Source of the DNA: Phoronis australis
Taxonomy: Eukaryota; Animalia; Phoronida
Length of the DNA stretch: 64,000 bases
Assembly: GCA_002633005.1 (NCBI GenBank)
Contig: NMRA01000034.1
Coordinates: 1,425,540-1,489,539, forward strand
Reading direction: 5' to 3'
The notes under the pieces are model-generated. The model worked only from the letters and a program-made list of their open reading frames with translations. It made no database searches and had not been told where the DNA came from. Below are positions 1 through 15,000 of this stretch, piece after piece (position 1 is the stretch's first letter; the number at the start of each line of letters is the position of its first letter). The translations under genes and the position numbers were made by a program.

Positions 1-37
1 CAGTATGCAAAAACTTGCTAAGAAGAGCAAGCTGACT
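1..37 (-). CDS. KNDC1: KNDC1 exon 21, partial (SQLALLSKFLHT...)
   Basis: TTTACAG| acceptor at 38; RasGEF LL.KF motif; runs off the window. Confidence 0.8.
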
Positions 38-3000
38 CTGTAAATATAAATTAATAGATAAACAATTGGAGCAAACCTAGTGTTGTGCACATTGACTGTA
101 ACTGACAAACAATTCTTGAACAAACACAACAAAGCCTACATCAACATTCAGAATCAGCATGCTAGTTGTAATAGTTCATGTCATATAAAGTGTTCTACCA
201 TATTAGGCCCATGAACATCTGTGCATGTCTGCACTTATATGCGAATCTCAGACCCATGCACCCATACTTATAGGTAAAAAGGCCGTGAAAACAGGTGTTA
301 GGATTTAGGCCCATGAACATCTGAGAATCACTTACTAACAGGTAAAAAAGGCCCTGGAAACATGACTGGTGTTTATTTAAGATTTAGGCCCATTGGCCTA
401 AAGGCGCAGCAATATGGTAAATACAAAACCATTTACCAAATACCAAATAAGATACACAGGCAAACATGAAAAAATGCCATTACGAGGCACAGCAGTAACC
501 AAAATGGCTGCGCCTGTATGCAAATCAATGTATGGGTCTATGCTGGACTTATATTTCAAAACTTAGGCTCATGCGCCAAAATGTAAACCACTTGGAATGG
601 GTAACAACAAACGCCAGGCAAAAAGGCATCACTTTGGAATACGGTAACACCTGGATTGCGGTAACACCACCTCTGAGTGCTGCATCAGATAAAAATCAAT
701 TTGTAACAAAGCAGATTCACTAGGATGGACCACACTAAGACAGATTCAACTGTTGACACAATTCATCACCACAGATACAATGTTCAAAGTATAGCGTATC
801 TAATGGCACTGCATCTTCATGACATCATTAGATTGACTGCTAAGAGCTGAATTTGTCAGAAGCTAACCGTGGAAAGAGACGAGTAACATCTCTTCAGTGG
901 CATGATTTATGCTGGCATTCACACACAGCAGTTCTGAGTTTCACTGTTTTCAAATGGCAGTCCATAAACATTTTGGTTAAAATCATGGAAACCATCAACT
1001 ATCAGTTTAATAGCAAAACTGATGCCACATTAAAACATGGCTGCCCAATGACATGATTGGTTGGTAGAAGACAAAAATTTCAAGAGCCTAAATTAGTTCC
1101 AACAATGGCTAAAAATGAAAAGCTTGACTTCTAAACTATGAATTTAACCAACAGCAGTAGGTGTAACAATAACCTTTGATGAGCTGCTTGTGACTAGCTC
1201 AGCTGCAACCCAGTATGAGATGTTGTGCGCGTGCTCAATCATTTCTTGAATGGTCGTGTCTTGTATGTACGAGCCAGCGAACTTACTGCTCACATGGTGG
1301 TCAGGGTCATCCCACACACTTTGTCTGCAAGTGAAGGCAAATTGCCAAAATGAATAGTCAAAACATTTAGTTACTAGAAGTAGTACTATGCAGTTTGGAA
1401 ACGAATTCACTTTTACATTTCCGAAAAATTCTCTAGGCCAGACAAATGCCATAGTTTCAACTCAGTTCACCAATTCCAATTGACCAGATTGATTATCACT
1501 AAAGCCACTCGATCATGTGATGCAGCCTTTGAGTAACATAGACAATGGCCACAAGTACACTGTCTGTCAAGTGTATCTAAGCGATAGGCCGGATGATTTT
1601 GGATAATTTTGTAGTTCAAGTCTGCCATAAGATTGAAAATTCAAGGAAGTCAACCAGCTAGCAAATCTCGTCAATTCCTTTTTAAGTGGTGTTCCAGAAA
1701 GTAGGTTAGGATTTTCGATTGAGCATTCCAAAATGGTCAATCTAATTTAATGACTACCTTGAAGTAATATGTTCATTTTTTAGGAATTGGGCCAAATTCG
1801 AGCTTTGCAATGAAAAGATAAATCTCACATACTGAATGTGGCAAGAATATGCAGCCTTGTATAATTTTGTGGCTAGCGAGGTCATTGAGCAGGGAGAATT
1901 GTTGATATCTCGCAGTCCGCATGGTTGATTTCTTCCCACCATACCTCAGTCCTCCCAGTTTTGATATCATATTGTAAGGCCTGATCTATACTGATGGCGG
2001 CATGATGAAAAGTGGTGAATTCATTTGCCTGTTTTCTAAACAAAATGTAATTTCTTGCAATATTTGTTTTCAAAACTCCACTCTCGACATCTTGACAACA
2101 TTTTTCGAAGCTTCAATGAACCAATCACGAAAGAAAAAGCCCGATATTACTCAGGATATATCGTATTGGTCAGATCTTGCGCTGTCACCTATTTCCACAA
2201 TTTGTTGTAGTTTTCAGCCACAATGTTTGCAGATCTGGAGCTTCAAAATACCGGTCATACTAAAGATATTTTTTAAACTTCAGATGATTTTTGGAAGAGA
2301 AATAAAAACTCAAAATCATTAACACTTCAAAATATGTACAAAGTGATTTTTACACCTTAAAAGTACCATAAATAATGCAGAATACTAGTTGGCAGTCCTA
2401 CAACTGGTCTCACAAGAAATTCCAACATCAGGGACACTCATCAAAATAAAGTGTCATAATCTTTAGTCAGTTCATTTTGCAGTTATCTTACCTCTGTCCG
2501 GGTGTCGACATCACTGTGTCAGCAAGAGACACACCAATACCTTGGGCTTGAGAGTTCATAAAGTGCACAGGGTGACACCGACTGAAGAACTCCTGCCAAG
2601 ATAAAAACTCATCATAGCATTAATAATTCACTGATTTGTACTCATCTGGAACCCATGACTAAATAGATTGCAGTCATCTCTCCCAGAGAAAATGGCAGTA
2701 GAATACAGTCTGGTGATCATTAGTTTTGACCATTCAATATTTCTGAGAGGTAACACACCATTTCATAAACATGCCCTTTAAGCCACATTTCATCATCACA
2801 ACCCTACTCCTTATATCCACATTCTTTCAGTCCCAGCTTCTACTGTGAGTTTGTGATGCAGTTTAATTAGATTATAAGCCTACTTTCCAATGAATTGCTC
2901 AAGACTTTAAGTTTATTTTTTTGTTGACAAAATTGCTGTCAATTTTGAAAATTCAAAAACCCACATTAGCCTAATTTTTATTCCTCTATTCAAATTTTAT

Positions 3001-6000
3001 GGTTTCCATGTCCCAAAAAGAAAACGGAAACTAAAGCCAGGGCATTTACAAACCTTCTATTTAGATCTGATAAGAAACAGCTAATTACTCTCACTATGTG
3101 ACCTATTGAATGAAGTCACATCTGCATACTGAAGCCTTGTCAGTCGGTTACACTGGGACAACACCATCTACACACTTAACACATTAGCATACTGAAACCT
3201 CGTCAGTCAGTCACATTGGGTCAATACTATCAACAAACTTAACACATCAGCATACTGGAACACCATTAGTCAAGTCACATTTGTTCAAACTCCTCATGAC
3301 ATCACAATGTCAACCCAATGCAAAGTTACAGTAGTTTGAGAATGGCTGCTGAAGAAAGTAGGCAAAAACGTTCACAAGTACAAGGAATTTCCATTTGCGC
3401 GAAAAAGAACTAACTTGTTTCTGTTACTGATGAGGTATATCTAAGGAATAACGCATATTCTACATTTCATCAAACTATCAAATTCCTATGTACACAGTTC
3501 ATGTTATTATTTTTACACTTAAGTACTGCTTGAAACTAATGACTGTGCAGATATGATTCATAAAAAATCTCTATTGTTGTATGGATATCACAAATTGTTG
3601 TAAATTGTTCCACAGTATGGTAGATGGAAAATTAAAGGTAGCAGCCTTCAGGTACACGGACAACCATGAATTCACAGGTTTTACCAATGACACATGAGCT
3701 GATGTTTCAATACATGATCAAGTGATGATAGATACTGACTGTTCAAGACAAATCAAAGTATTCTGAATATGAATTAATGAGAATACCACATATATTTTAA
3801 GCCAGTGTTTCAGGTCAATAGCTCAAATGGAAAGGTGAAAACAGATGAAGGATAAAGATAATGTACTTTGCTTTTTCAGTATGGCTACTCAAATATTTAC
3901 TAATCTATACACCTATTGCAGGTGAAACCACAACAGAGTGAAGACTAAAAAATCACTTGTAAGAGAAGCCAAATGGGGATTTATTCAATAATAGTCTAAT
4001 TTTCAACTAAACTTACTTGTTCTATAATAGTCAGCTGTTCTGCCAGCGTCTGAGATGTGTAGTCAGCCAAAGTGAATGTATCTTCCTTACGAGCCACTGT
4101 AGGGAAGTAGACATCACCATCGTCATTCTTCTGTTTTTTTTGTAGACACGAGGCCAGACCTTTCTTTTTGAGAACTGATGGTTTGGTTGAAATATTGAGC
4201 GCTGCTTTGATGGTACCCCACTGTAAAAACAACAGCTTGTTTTAAAGATAAAATGTCAGCCAAGCTACAAATTTCCATCAAATGTATTCAACAGAACCAT
4301 CTTAGATGAGCTTGATTCTAACTTCATAAAAACTGGTCTCCAGTAGTCCAAGATTAGCTGAAGACATAACAATACAAGCCATCACATCAAAGCAGTACAT
4401 CACAAAGTATATTCAGTTTTGCTGTTTTGTTTTGCAATAATCACAGGAATCACAAATAAGAGCTGACCAAGATGTTGGGTCTGCAAATGGCTTATTGTCA
4501 GCCAAGAGTCTGAATTTAAGTTGACACTGCAGTCGACAGTGTGATTAACTGCCGAACTGCTAAAACTTAGCAGACCAGCTGGCTATTTTTTGACGACTTG
4601 TGCTCTTTCAGAGTCCTAATTTCAGATTCCTAACTTGGGTCATAATCCACATATTATACATGTAGAGATTTTGTGATCACTACGCCCACTTCTCACGAGA
4701 AGAACACTTTCATTTCAGTACAGCTGAGCATCTATTTTGTAACCTGTAAAGATATCAAAACAGTGCAGCATGATTTAAAAATCATTGAGCAGCAATGGAT
4801 AGTTCCGACATGTCAATCAAGCTAGTAACTCCAGCCAGGTTGGTGGCGAGAACATGGTAGACATTACAAAAGTCTGCCATCTTTGTCCCACAAACATGGT
4901 TGTGAACAAAAGAATCAAGGCAGCACTTGCAATGCAGACCAACGCGAACCCAGAATTTAATACTAGACCATCACTGGACACTAAAATAACTTTCAAATGT
5001 AGCAGAATTGTGTGGAAGAAATTTTTCCCCATCATCCATTATTGCTATGAAATAGAGAAACTGGAGAACCTTATCTTGTTGCTGAAGATAGGAGTACTGT
5101 GCAAGATAGCTGAACCTACGTGAACTATTTGGATATTTGATAACATTATCTGCCACTAATATGGCACCATGTGGACCCACAAATAGGAATAGAAATGCAC
5201 GGTCACATCAGATGTTAAACATTTTTCAGGACTCAGACTTTTTTCCAATTGAGTATTTGGATTTAGAAGGTGTGCTCCAACAACAGTTGCACCCATGGTA
5301 TGGTCCCATGGACTTGGGAAGGATTAGGATTGACCATGTTCATGCCAAGTTTATGGTAATAATCTTCAAAGTGCTTAACAATTTACAGCACTATGAAAAG
5401 TGGCCAGATTACTATCATTGTTTTGAATTTTGGTAACTATTTTTAGACTGAGCCCCGAACGCCAAAATGACATCATAACAAAATAAAATTTAAATCCTGG
5501 TTAGTCAGTAGGGTGGCGTGATTTATGAAAGGCTTCAAAGGCTTGGCAATATGAACTCTGCGGTGTAAAACAATTCGTTTGCATCTCCAGTACCCATTTT
5601 AATAATGTAGGTCGAGATGGCAACAGTTTCAGTGAAATACAAAAATCAAAAGGACATCGTAGAGAATCACTTGCCNGTGACAATTTCGTGTTGATCGAAC
5701 CAAAGTAATCGATAGCATAGTCAAACAAAAATGCACGACAAAGCAAGACTTGGAGAAATTTCATTTCGCCAAGTAAAAACAAAAGCTGTCACAAGGGCAT
5801 ATAGTGGTATTTGGATCCATCGCCGTCAACGTCTGCTAACAAATTCATAAAATATAACAGATTGAAGGTCCTGCAAAGGGATTTACGTGATACAGCCATG
5901 AACACAAAAAACGAAGTTGCAACTGGCGGGTATCACAGTAGTCAGGCCAGTCAAAATTTAACGTCCACTCTACCTTTCTAAGTATTAATAAGCGGTTTGG

Positions 6001-9000
6001 TGGATAGAGACGAATGCCAAAAACAGTAATAATGGCCACTACGAGGTACAGAATCCACCAAATTCTTCCAAAAACAGGAAGACATCATCGTTTCCATACT
6101 TTAGTAGATACCTATTTCCTGAATTTTATGAAAATTCGTCAAGGATTTATGAAGATACAGATGCAAACATGAGCATTCAAATTGTCACCAGGGGGCATAG
6201 TAGTACTCGGATTTGTTCAAAAATTTGTTCTTGCCACCTCATTTATGACAGAAACATTTACTCCATCAGTGGTTTTGGTTAAACAGCAAGAGCTAGATGC
6301 CAGATGGAATAATGCCCGTATGGACAGGGATGACAGCAAAATGCGGCCACACACACATGCTATATAATCAAAAAGCTACCAAAAGCTATTAAGTGCAGAA
6401 ACAAATTTAATTGATGTAACCATTCATACACTCATCAACCTGTCTGTTTCTGTGAAATAGTAACATTCAGCCAGCAACAGTTTACCTGTTCCTGCAAGAA
6501 ATTGTAGAGTGAGTCCCACAGTTCAGGGTCGTGTTTGAAATCGACGCTGAAGTACCCCTCCAACCAGACTTGAATTAGGTCAATTGAGCGCACGAGCACA
6601 CAACGATGAATATCAGTAAGTGAGTCACCACTGAAACACAGCAACAATAGTGCTACAAACATCGGACTAAAATCTTAATACTTGCAGCCATTTTATGACT
6701 TTCAACTACATACTAACTCTCAAATAAACAGTAGGGAGTTTTAAGTCCAGTAAACATCACCATGTGGAGAATTTCATCTCAGAGCTGAGCCAAAATCACG
6801 CAATTCATTTACTTTAGTGTAACAAACAAACAGTACTTATTTAATGAGCAATAGTCTGACATAACGTGCACACATTTTGAGAACCAGTTGATACCCGTTA
6901 TTCAGTGGAGAAAACTGGTTCAATCTAAAAAATAATGTGGACACGTTACTTCACACTATTACCCCATATTTGTCTACTGAAAGTAAGGAGAGAGACATTT
7001 TAGTGAAAATTTCTCGTAGTTTGGCCGAGAAGTGTTCCTCATTGTTACTCCTATACACAAGTTAAAATGCTCACGGACCTGTTAACTACATTTCATAGGA
7101 AACAGCGTGAATGTAACAAAAGAGTAAGATCAAGATTCTTCGGTAGATCATGCAATAATTAATTTTCATTGGCTACCAAAGGTAATCGGCGAACACTTTG
7201 CCCACCTCGTGCGCATGCTGTGAGGATTTAAGCTTGTGATGTGAAAGACATCAACAAGTGAGTCATTGGCCTCACCGTATAGCAAGGCAAAATTCTAACA
7301 ATTGATTTTGCCTTAGACATGAACTTTGAGCTGAGATCATTTGCATTTATTTTGTATTTAGTAGCTCTCAGTCTGAGCTGGCCCTTAACATCATAGGCTG
7401 TTATCTTAAACGTGAAACACAACAAACATTGAGAAGTAACAGCCGGAAAACACTTCACAGTGGAATACTTCACATGTTCACACACATGTTCATGCACACG
7501 TTGACACACACACACGTGTTATGTGTGAACACATGCACACACACGTAGAAAATTCCAATAAAAATAACAATTTGAAATAAATTTTAAATATTTTTTTTCT
7601 TACAGAGAGACAATACATAAAATTTGCTAGAAGTCAGAAAGCCACAAAAGTGTGAGTTCAGTTTCCGAAACGCGGCCTAAATTTGAAACATTTATGATGC
7701 AGGTCTATGGATCACATTCATAGGTAAAAAATTAAGCACAGCATGAGTGATTAGGAAATTCCTGTACAAGTGTGGTCCACTGAAAGTGGTCTCAAACAGT
7801 CCTTTTCAATGCGTACATGCCATGAAATGATTCCCATTTCTAAACATGTCATCCAGTGTGTCAGAATGTAGAATGAGTTTCAAAAATTAATGTCATCAGT
7901 TTTGACTCGATAAAGTCCAACAACTGACGTGGTGTGGTGAAATACTGAAAACACTAGAACTGGCTGCGTTTATCACCTACCTATTAACAGCACTGCTGAG
8001 TTTACCAGCGATAAAATCTAGCAGCTGACGTGGTGTGGTGAAGTAGCGAAAACAGTAGAAAAACTGATGGATGAAGCCGTCAGTTATTGCATTTCTGTAA
8101 AGAGAAGACGGAACAATGCACAGCGTTGATATGCGCTTCAATAGTGCGTCGCAAATAAAATCCACACAATAAGAGACTCCGGGTACAAACTTCCAGGCAA
8201 TAGCCACTTACAGGGGTCCCACATTTTGAGAACCAGCTTTCTCCAATGAATAACGAGTTCATGAGACCAGGGGCACATGTCTAAACACAATACTTACCTG
8301 GTACATAAGTAGGATATGAGACCAGGGGGCATCTCTAAACCCAATACTTACCTGGCATATAAGTAAGACATGAGACCAGGGGCACATGTCTAAACCCAAT
8401 ACTTACCTGGCATATAAGTAGGACATGAGATCAGGGGCGCATGTCTAAACCCAATGATTACCTGGCATATAAGTAGGACATGAGACCAAGGGCCGTGCCA
8501 GCATGTAGCACAATAGTGTCTGTTCCTGCTACACGGTTGAAGACTGTGTGAAACTGTAGCAGGGGGTTGTCAGAGACAACAGCCAGATGGAGTGGTTGAT
8601 TGGCTTGGAGCTTGGCAAATGAGTAGAGTAGGTCATGGCTGAGAGACCACTGTTCTGCATATAACATCTGTTTGGAAACAAAGAACAAACAAGTAAAAGA
8701 ATCGTGCTGCAAACATAGCATTCTAAGAGATTACATCAAGAATGCTCAATGAGAGCACACCTGTCATATCACATAAGTTTGATTTCACAATGCAATAACA
8801 GACTTAATACATTTAAATGTTGAATCTTTTGTTAATTTTCCGATTAGGTTTTCTTGAAGTCGAGATATCAAGCTCAAATGAAGAATGGACATTCTTCAAC
8901 CACCGAAATGTTCATAATGGTATTTTAATTGTAAAACAAACCTGGGTACTTCAGGGAGTATACACTGCTATCACTGGCTCTGTTTCTGTCCACAAAAAGG

Positions 9001-12000
9001 TAACTCTTATCTTAACACTATCAGATTAAAATACAAAAAAGATTGATCAAGCAGGAAGACTACTTGCGAGTTTCTGACTGTTCAGAGTTGCCCGCCTGCC
9101 AACTCCAGAGGGTCCATCACGACCATATAATATTATTTTCAAAGACAATGTACATTCATTATTTGATCAGGATACACCAGTAACTTGGGGAAGAGTTTTA
9201 AGTTTGATCTATAGCTTTGTACAGCACTGCTTAGCACCACTACAATGACAAGATAAAGTATGCGTAGGGATAAATTACCTCCAGGTGTCGCTTTGCAGAT
9301 GCCAGAAACATGAGTTTTGTTGCCATTTCCCTGATCTGATTGGATACCTTAGCCAACATCCCTCTCTGGTCAGTGTTGGCTAAAATAACATTTTAACAGT
9401 TAATTAGTTTATATAATAGACAAAAATAAGACTTAATAAATAGGAAAACAATAATCATTGCACTATTATTACAGTTTACTTAAGAAAGAAGAATGAAATA
9501 ATTCATTAGACCCCTTTATGTTCAATAGGACAGCACCAAGACTATTTATTACCACATCACATGTCAATAGGACACAGAATATTTAGTATTTATAGACAAC
9601 TTATGTCAAATGGGTCAGCAATAAGATTAAAAGTACACCACTAGTATGAACTTGTGATTCCCCAAAAATAAGTCACATATTGAAATATCAGGTCAGCTAC
9701 AAATAACACAAAAGCAACACAGTGGGCATCGCACACACCGCAGAGGCAAGAGATGATCATTATTTAAAACAATTCACTATGGAGCATAGCTGGTGAACTA
9801 TAATTAATAATAGTCTCTAGGGTGCGCAAAGCAAATCAGAAAATGCTCTCCTCAACAGGAATACACTAACTTGGAACCTTTCATGACGATACATTAATCA
9901 TTTTGAAGGTTAAGGCAAACACAACCATAATGGTGAATAGGGTGCTCAACGTAGGTCAAGTGCAACTATGATCATAGTAACTTATTTTCCAAATTTGAAG
10001 AACATCCATGAAGGAGCTTGGTAGATATCAAAAGGCAATTGCAAAGAAAAACAAAACTGCCACTAAGTGACTCTGCAATATTTGGGATTTGTCTCAAAAA
10101 CCAGGTCACTAGTACTTTCTGAATAGACAGCACGCCAAATTTCATGAAGATTTTTCAAGGAACGTGCAGTGAGCCANGTCAGCTACAAATAAAACAAAAG
10201 CAACACAGTGGGCATCGCACACACCGCAGAGGCAAGAGATGATCATTATTTAAAACAATTCACTATGGAGCATAGCTGGTGAACTATTATAATTAATAAT
10301 AGTCTCTAGGGTGCGCAAAGCAAATCAGAAAATGCTCTCCTCAACAGGAATACACTAACTTGGAACCTTTCATGACGATACATCAATCATTTTGAAGGTT
10401 AAGGCAAACACAACCATAATGGTGAATAGGGTGCTCAACGTAGGTCAAGTGCAACTATGATCATAGTAACTTATTTTCCAAATTTGAAGAACATCCATGA
10501 AGGAGCTTGGTAGATATCAAAAGGCAATTGCAAAGAAAAACAAAACTGCCACTAAGTGACTCTGCAATATTTGGGATTTGTCTCAAAAACCAGGTCACTA
10601 GTACTTTCTGAATAGACAGCACGCCAAATTTCATGAAGATTTTTCAAGGAACGTGCAGTGAGCCACAGGCAACAACATATTGCAAACAAAGGGCGTCACA
10701 GCAGTTGGACCTGTTCAAAAAACATCTGCCATGCATTTCCCAGTACAAAGTTCACATAGGCCAATAATCCTTAAAGCCCTTTGGCTGATTAGATAAGCAG
10801 ACTCCTAAAACTAGACTCAAAAACAGTAAATATGACCACCGGGTGACACACAATAAGTTGAATTCACAGGAAAATGGGAAGGTATTATCCTGTCTTTAAT
10901 AGAAGCCTATTTACCAGATCTTTCATGAAATATACAGAGGAAACTGTAAAATATTAAAATCATTACAAGGGGGTACACTGGTTATCAAATCCCCCGAAAG
11001 ATTCGTTCCTGTTGTCTCAAACATGACAAGATCATGAAATTTCATGGACATCCATGAACAGGGTTTGGCAGTGGATGCCACTGTATGGATGCCACACAGG
11101 GATGATGGCATAATGCACCTACATAATTATGTGGGCACATAGAACCAAATAAAATCCATAATTATTTACTGACCACTGACGATTATGAATAAGCTTGATA
11201 TTGTTTTTCAATCAAAATAGAAAAAACAACTTTGCCTGAAAACCATAATCCTCACTGGTCACCTAATTCCATGCGAATCAATACCAAAGTTGGAAGACAT
11301 TGATCTAAGCACAAAAATCTAAAACTGCCACCAGGGGGCATGGCAACACTTGGATTTGATCAAAGATTAACACCAACAATGAACTCTAGCAGCCACAGCA
11401 ACAGAACCTCAGGCAAAAGAAGGGAAATGAGATATTTTGTTATTCATCAAGATCATGCTGGGTGCATAACATGATGCACCTCAACAAGCCATCTTGTAGA
11501 GCCTGGTCTCAAGCAAAAGCAAATGGACAGCTGTTTCGAACATCTAAAATCCCCCATCAATATGAAAAATTTGACACCAATTTCACAGCGTTAAGTTGTC
11601 TAAATCATATGTTGGTTTTCATGATAGAATGTGAGCTTATAACTGGCTGAAGTGAAAACAAAGAGCAAAAGAAGAATAGCAGCATTAAATAGTATTAAGT
11701 TCAACCCACAACTACATTGCATAATGCAGAAATATCATTTTCATAACATATTCTGTTCCTGTATTGCCCAACACTCGCGAGCAATGTCTTATTAATTCTA
11801 ACAACCTTTGTGGGTGCGAAGACTTTCCAATAACTTCTTATAATACTTTTGCGTCTTCAATCTCTGCTTCTCTTCCATTGCCATCTGTTGATTGATTTCC
11901 CCGATTTTTGCCTCGATGTTTTCTTTCGTTTTGGCACCCTAAAATTGAAAGAATTCAATCATCCTATTTTCGATAAAACAATAATATGACGGCCAGTGAA

Positions 12001-15000
12001 GCCTTTATGCAGGCAAAAGGATGTACCATGCCTTATTCAACAAGAAATCTAGATTGGAAGAGCATACAGTCATTTCACCCTTGAGACAAAAATTGCAATA
12101 CCAACAAAGGTGAGAATTTTACTAGTGTTCAAATTATAAGAGAAAAACATCTGAAATAACAATGAATCACAGACTGAGGAAGACGACTGGCTCTGGGACA
12201 GAGCTTAGTCAAATGTGAATTTTATTTCTACAAATAACAAATTATTGTCCCGAATGAAAGATTTGCTTGAACATTCTGTTACCATTTTCTTCCTAATGTT
12301 CATTACGTTCGCAAACTTCAATTTCTCCACTTTCATCAACTCTGTCTGCCTGCACTGAGTTTCAGACTGCAGTACACTAGATAAAACATGTGTTGGAAAA
12401 ATCAGGCCACATAATATGACAGTGGGTTTGCCAACCCTCCAAAATGGAGGGGGGAGGCTCTAGGATTTTGAAGAATTCCACAACTCACAAACAGGTGTCA
12501 ATTCTCCCAATTTTGATGAAATTCCCCCGAGTTTGATGTAGAATCTCAGGGAAAGATCATACTGACTGTGTAATTTCACTTGTCATGAACGATTATTCAG
12601 TGTGCCTGGAGCAACTGTGTAGAAATTAATCGATCCATCAGCACACAAAGCATGCAGTGAGTGGTTAGTGCAAAATTCTAAGCATTCAGTTATGAGCCAT
12701 TCAACATTGAAGGCCTTACCTCCTGGGTTGATCTAGTTCAAACACTTGAAAATCTATACCAAATATGTATTAAGCTATATGTTTTCCTCTTTTCAGGTAA
12801 CAAATTACATACCTTTTTGAAGACAATATGCTCTCCAGTTGAGATCAGAAAATCATTAACAAAAAGTTCCTAGTACACCAGTTCATGAATGATTGCTTAT
12901 TGTCAGCCATGTTGTCTTTGAAAACATATTGAATTCACCTGAACTTAAAATCGTTATTTTGTTTGGCTCTTTTTGATAGCACTTTCATTCATTTTGGTTC
13001 TCTTTATACAAATTCAGTATTCTGACAAAAAGTAAAATAGCGACAAGTGGACGTCACAACATATGAAACTGTTTGGAAATCATCACCCATACTTTTCCCT
13101 TCAATTAGTTTGCCAGATAGAGAGGCAGATACCAAAAGCCACAATTGACAATTGACTCAAAATTAATAAAAATGGCCACTAGATGATACACAATATGCTG
13201 AATCCACACACACACAAATGGGACGATATCAACTCAAATATAAAGACAACAAAACTCTACTGTAGTTGGAATTGTCCCAAAATCCATGTCACTTGTGCTA
13301 TTCTCAATTATAGAAACTTATTTCTTGAAGATCCACCAAGGAACTTGGTAGATATCAAGCCACAGGTGAACAATGACAGTAGAAGGGACCATAGCAGATG
13401 GATCTGTCATCGATGGTGTACTTCCCGCAAGGAACACGCATGCAAGCGAGAGAGAGACAGACGCCAAAAACACAAAAAACAACACAAGCAATGCTACTGC
13501 CTTGACATGAAAACTTGGTGCATCGCAAATGAGAAGATGCAGCTGCAGTAGTCGAATCAAGCACAGAAACAAATGATGCCCACCCATTGTCATCCTATAC
13601 CACTGTGTCAAGTTTCATTAAAATCCGTCAATCAGTTCTTTAGATATCATCCGAAAATCCTTTTCACTCAAACAACACTTGAAAAGCCACTAGGAGATAC
13701 AGCACTGGTCAAATCCACCTGAAAATCAAATGGTGCTGGCACATTGACATCGTATAACTCTGTGTCAAGTTACATCAAAATCCGTCAGCTACTATATCAT
13801 CTGGAAACACCCTTCCTCCCAAACAACACTTGCAAGCCCCTTGCTGAGACCAAAGTGGCCACTACAGGGCACTGCAATTGTCAAATCTACAAGACTTTGT
13901 GAGTGAGAAAATTTAACGGTGTCAGCGCATTGATATCAAATGGCTATGAGTCAAGTTTCATCAATTGATTCTCTGGATATCATCTGGATACACTTTTCCC
14001 CAAAATGGCCACTAGGATACACTCCAGAGGTCAAATCCGCCGACAAATCAAATGGTGCTGGCGCATTGCCATTGTAAATCTCTGTGATAAGTTTCATTTG
14101 ATATCTGTCAATTGGTTCTCTAGATGTCATCAGGGAACGCTTTTCCCCACAAACCCATGAAAAGCCAATTGACGAGAACAAAATGGCCACTTAAGCTGCA
14201 GATGTCGAATAAGTCCAAAATTTTGAGGGTGCCAGTACATTGCCATGATTGCCATAATTTTAATTGAAATCTTTCAGTCAGTTCTCGAGATATCAACTGG
14301 AAAATGCTCTTAAACAAAATGACCACTAGGCGGTGCTGCAGTAGATGAATCCATCCAGAAATAAAATCGTACCGGCGCATTCTGATCATATACCTCTGTG
14401 TCAAGCTTCAATGAAATCTGAATCAGTTTTTGGTTATCATCCGTAAACGCTCTACCTCCAAACAACACTTAAAAAGCAAATTGTTGGGAACAAAATGGCC
14501 ACTAGGAGGTGCTGCAATGGTCGAATGGGCCCGAAAATGTAATGGTGTTGGAGCATTGATATCACATTACCTCTTTGTCAACCTTAATTGAAATTAGTTT
14601 TCTACATATAATCTGGAAACACTCATTGCACTATCACAGGTTCAGATGGCTTTGTATAATGCCCTACTTTAACTGACTCATAAGCAACCAGGACTCTAAC
14701 ACAAAAGCATCAACCAGTATCTTGAAATCATCTAATAGCCTAATATTAGGACTACACACTCTTTGGGGATAACTTTTTAATTGCCACATCTTTTCTAACA
14801 TGAACAAATTCATCACTGAACACTGGCATGCAGTTATGGAGACATCTCACACTTACAGATGCAACACTGGCCTCCTGTGGGATCAAATATGCCAATGAAA
14901 CGTCAAAGTAATCATTCCAATTTAGAAGCTACAGGAATACAGACCCCTGTCCTTCAAGCATTCACATCACCAATGTTCACAATTGACCCAATGAGGGTGA

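Noticed and set aside
8260-8492. Regularly spaced repeats resembling a CRISPR array
   Set aside because: The whole 55-bp unit repeats with no unique spacers, there are no cas genes, the context is a eukaryotic intron, and the unit derives from the adjacent exon
9692-10665. Apparent recent 0.49-kb tandem duplication
   Set aside because: Copies abut a single-N join and differ at allele-like level; most likely unmerged haplotype overlap
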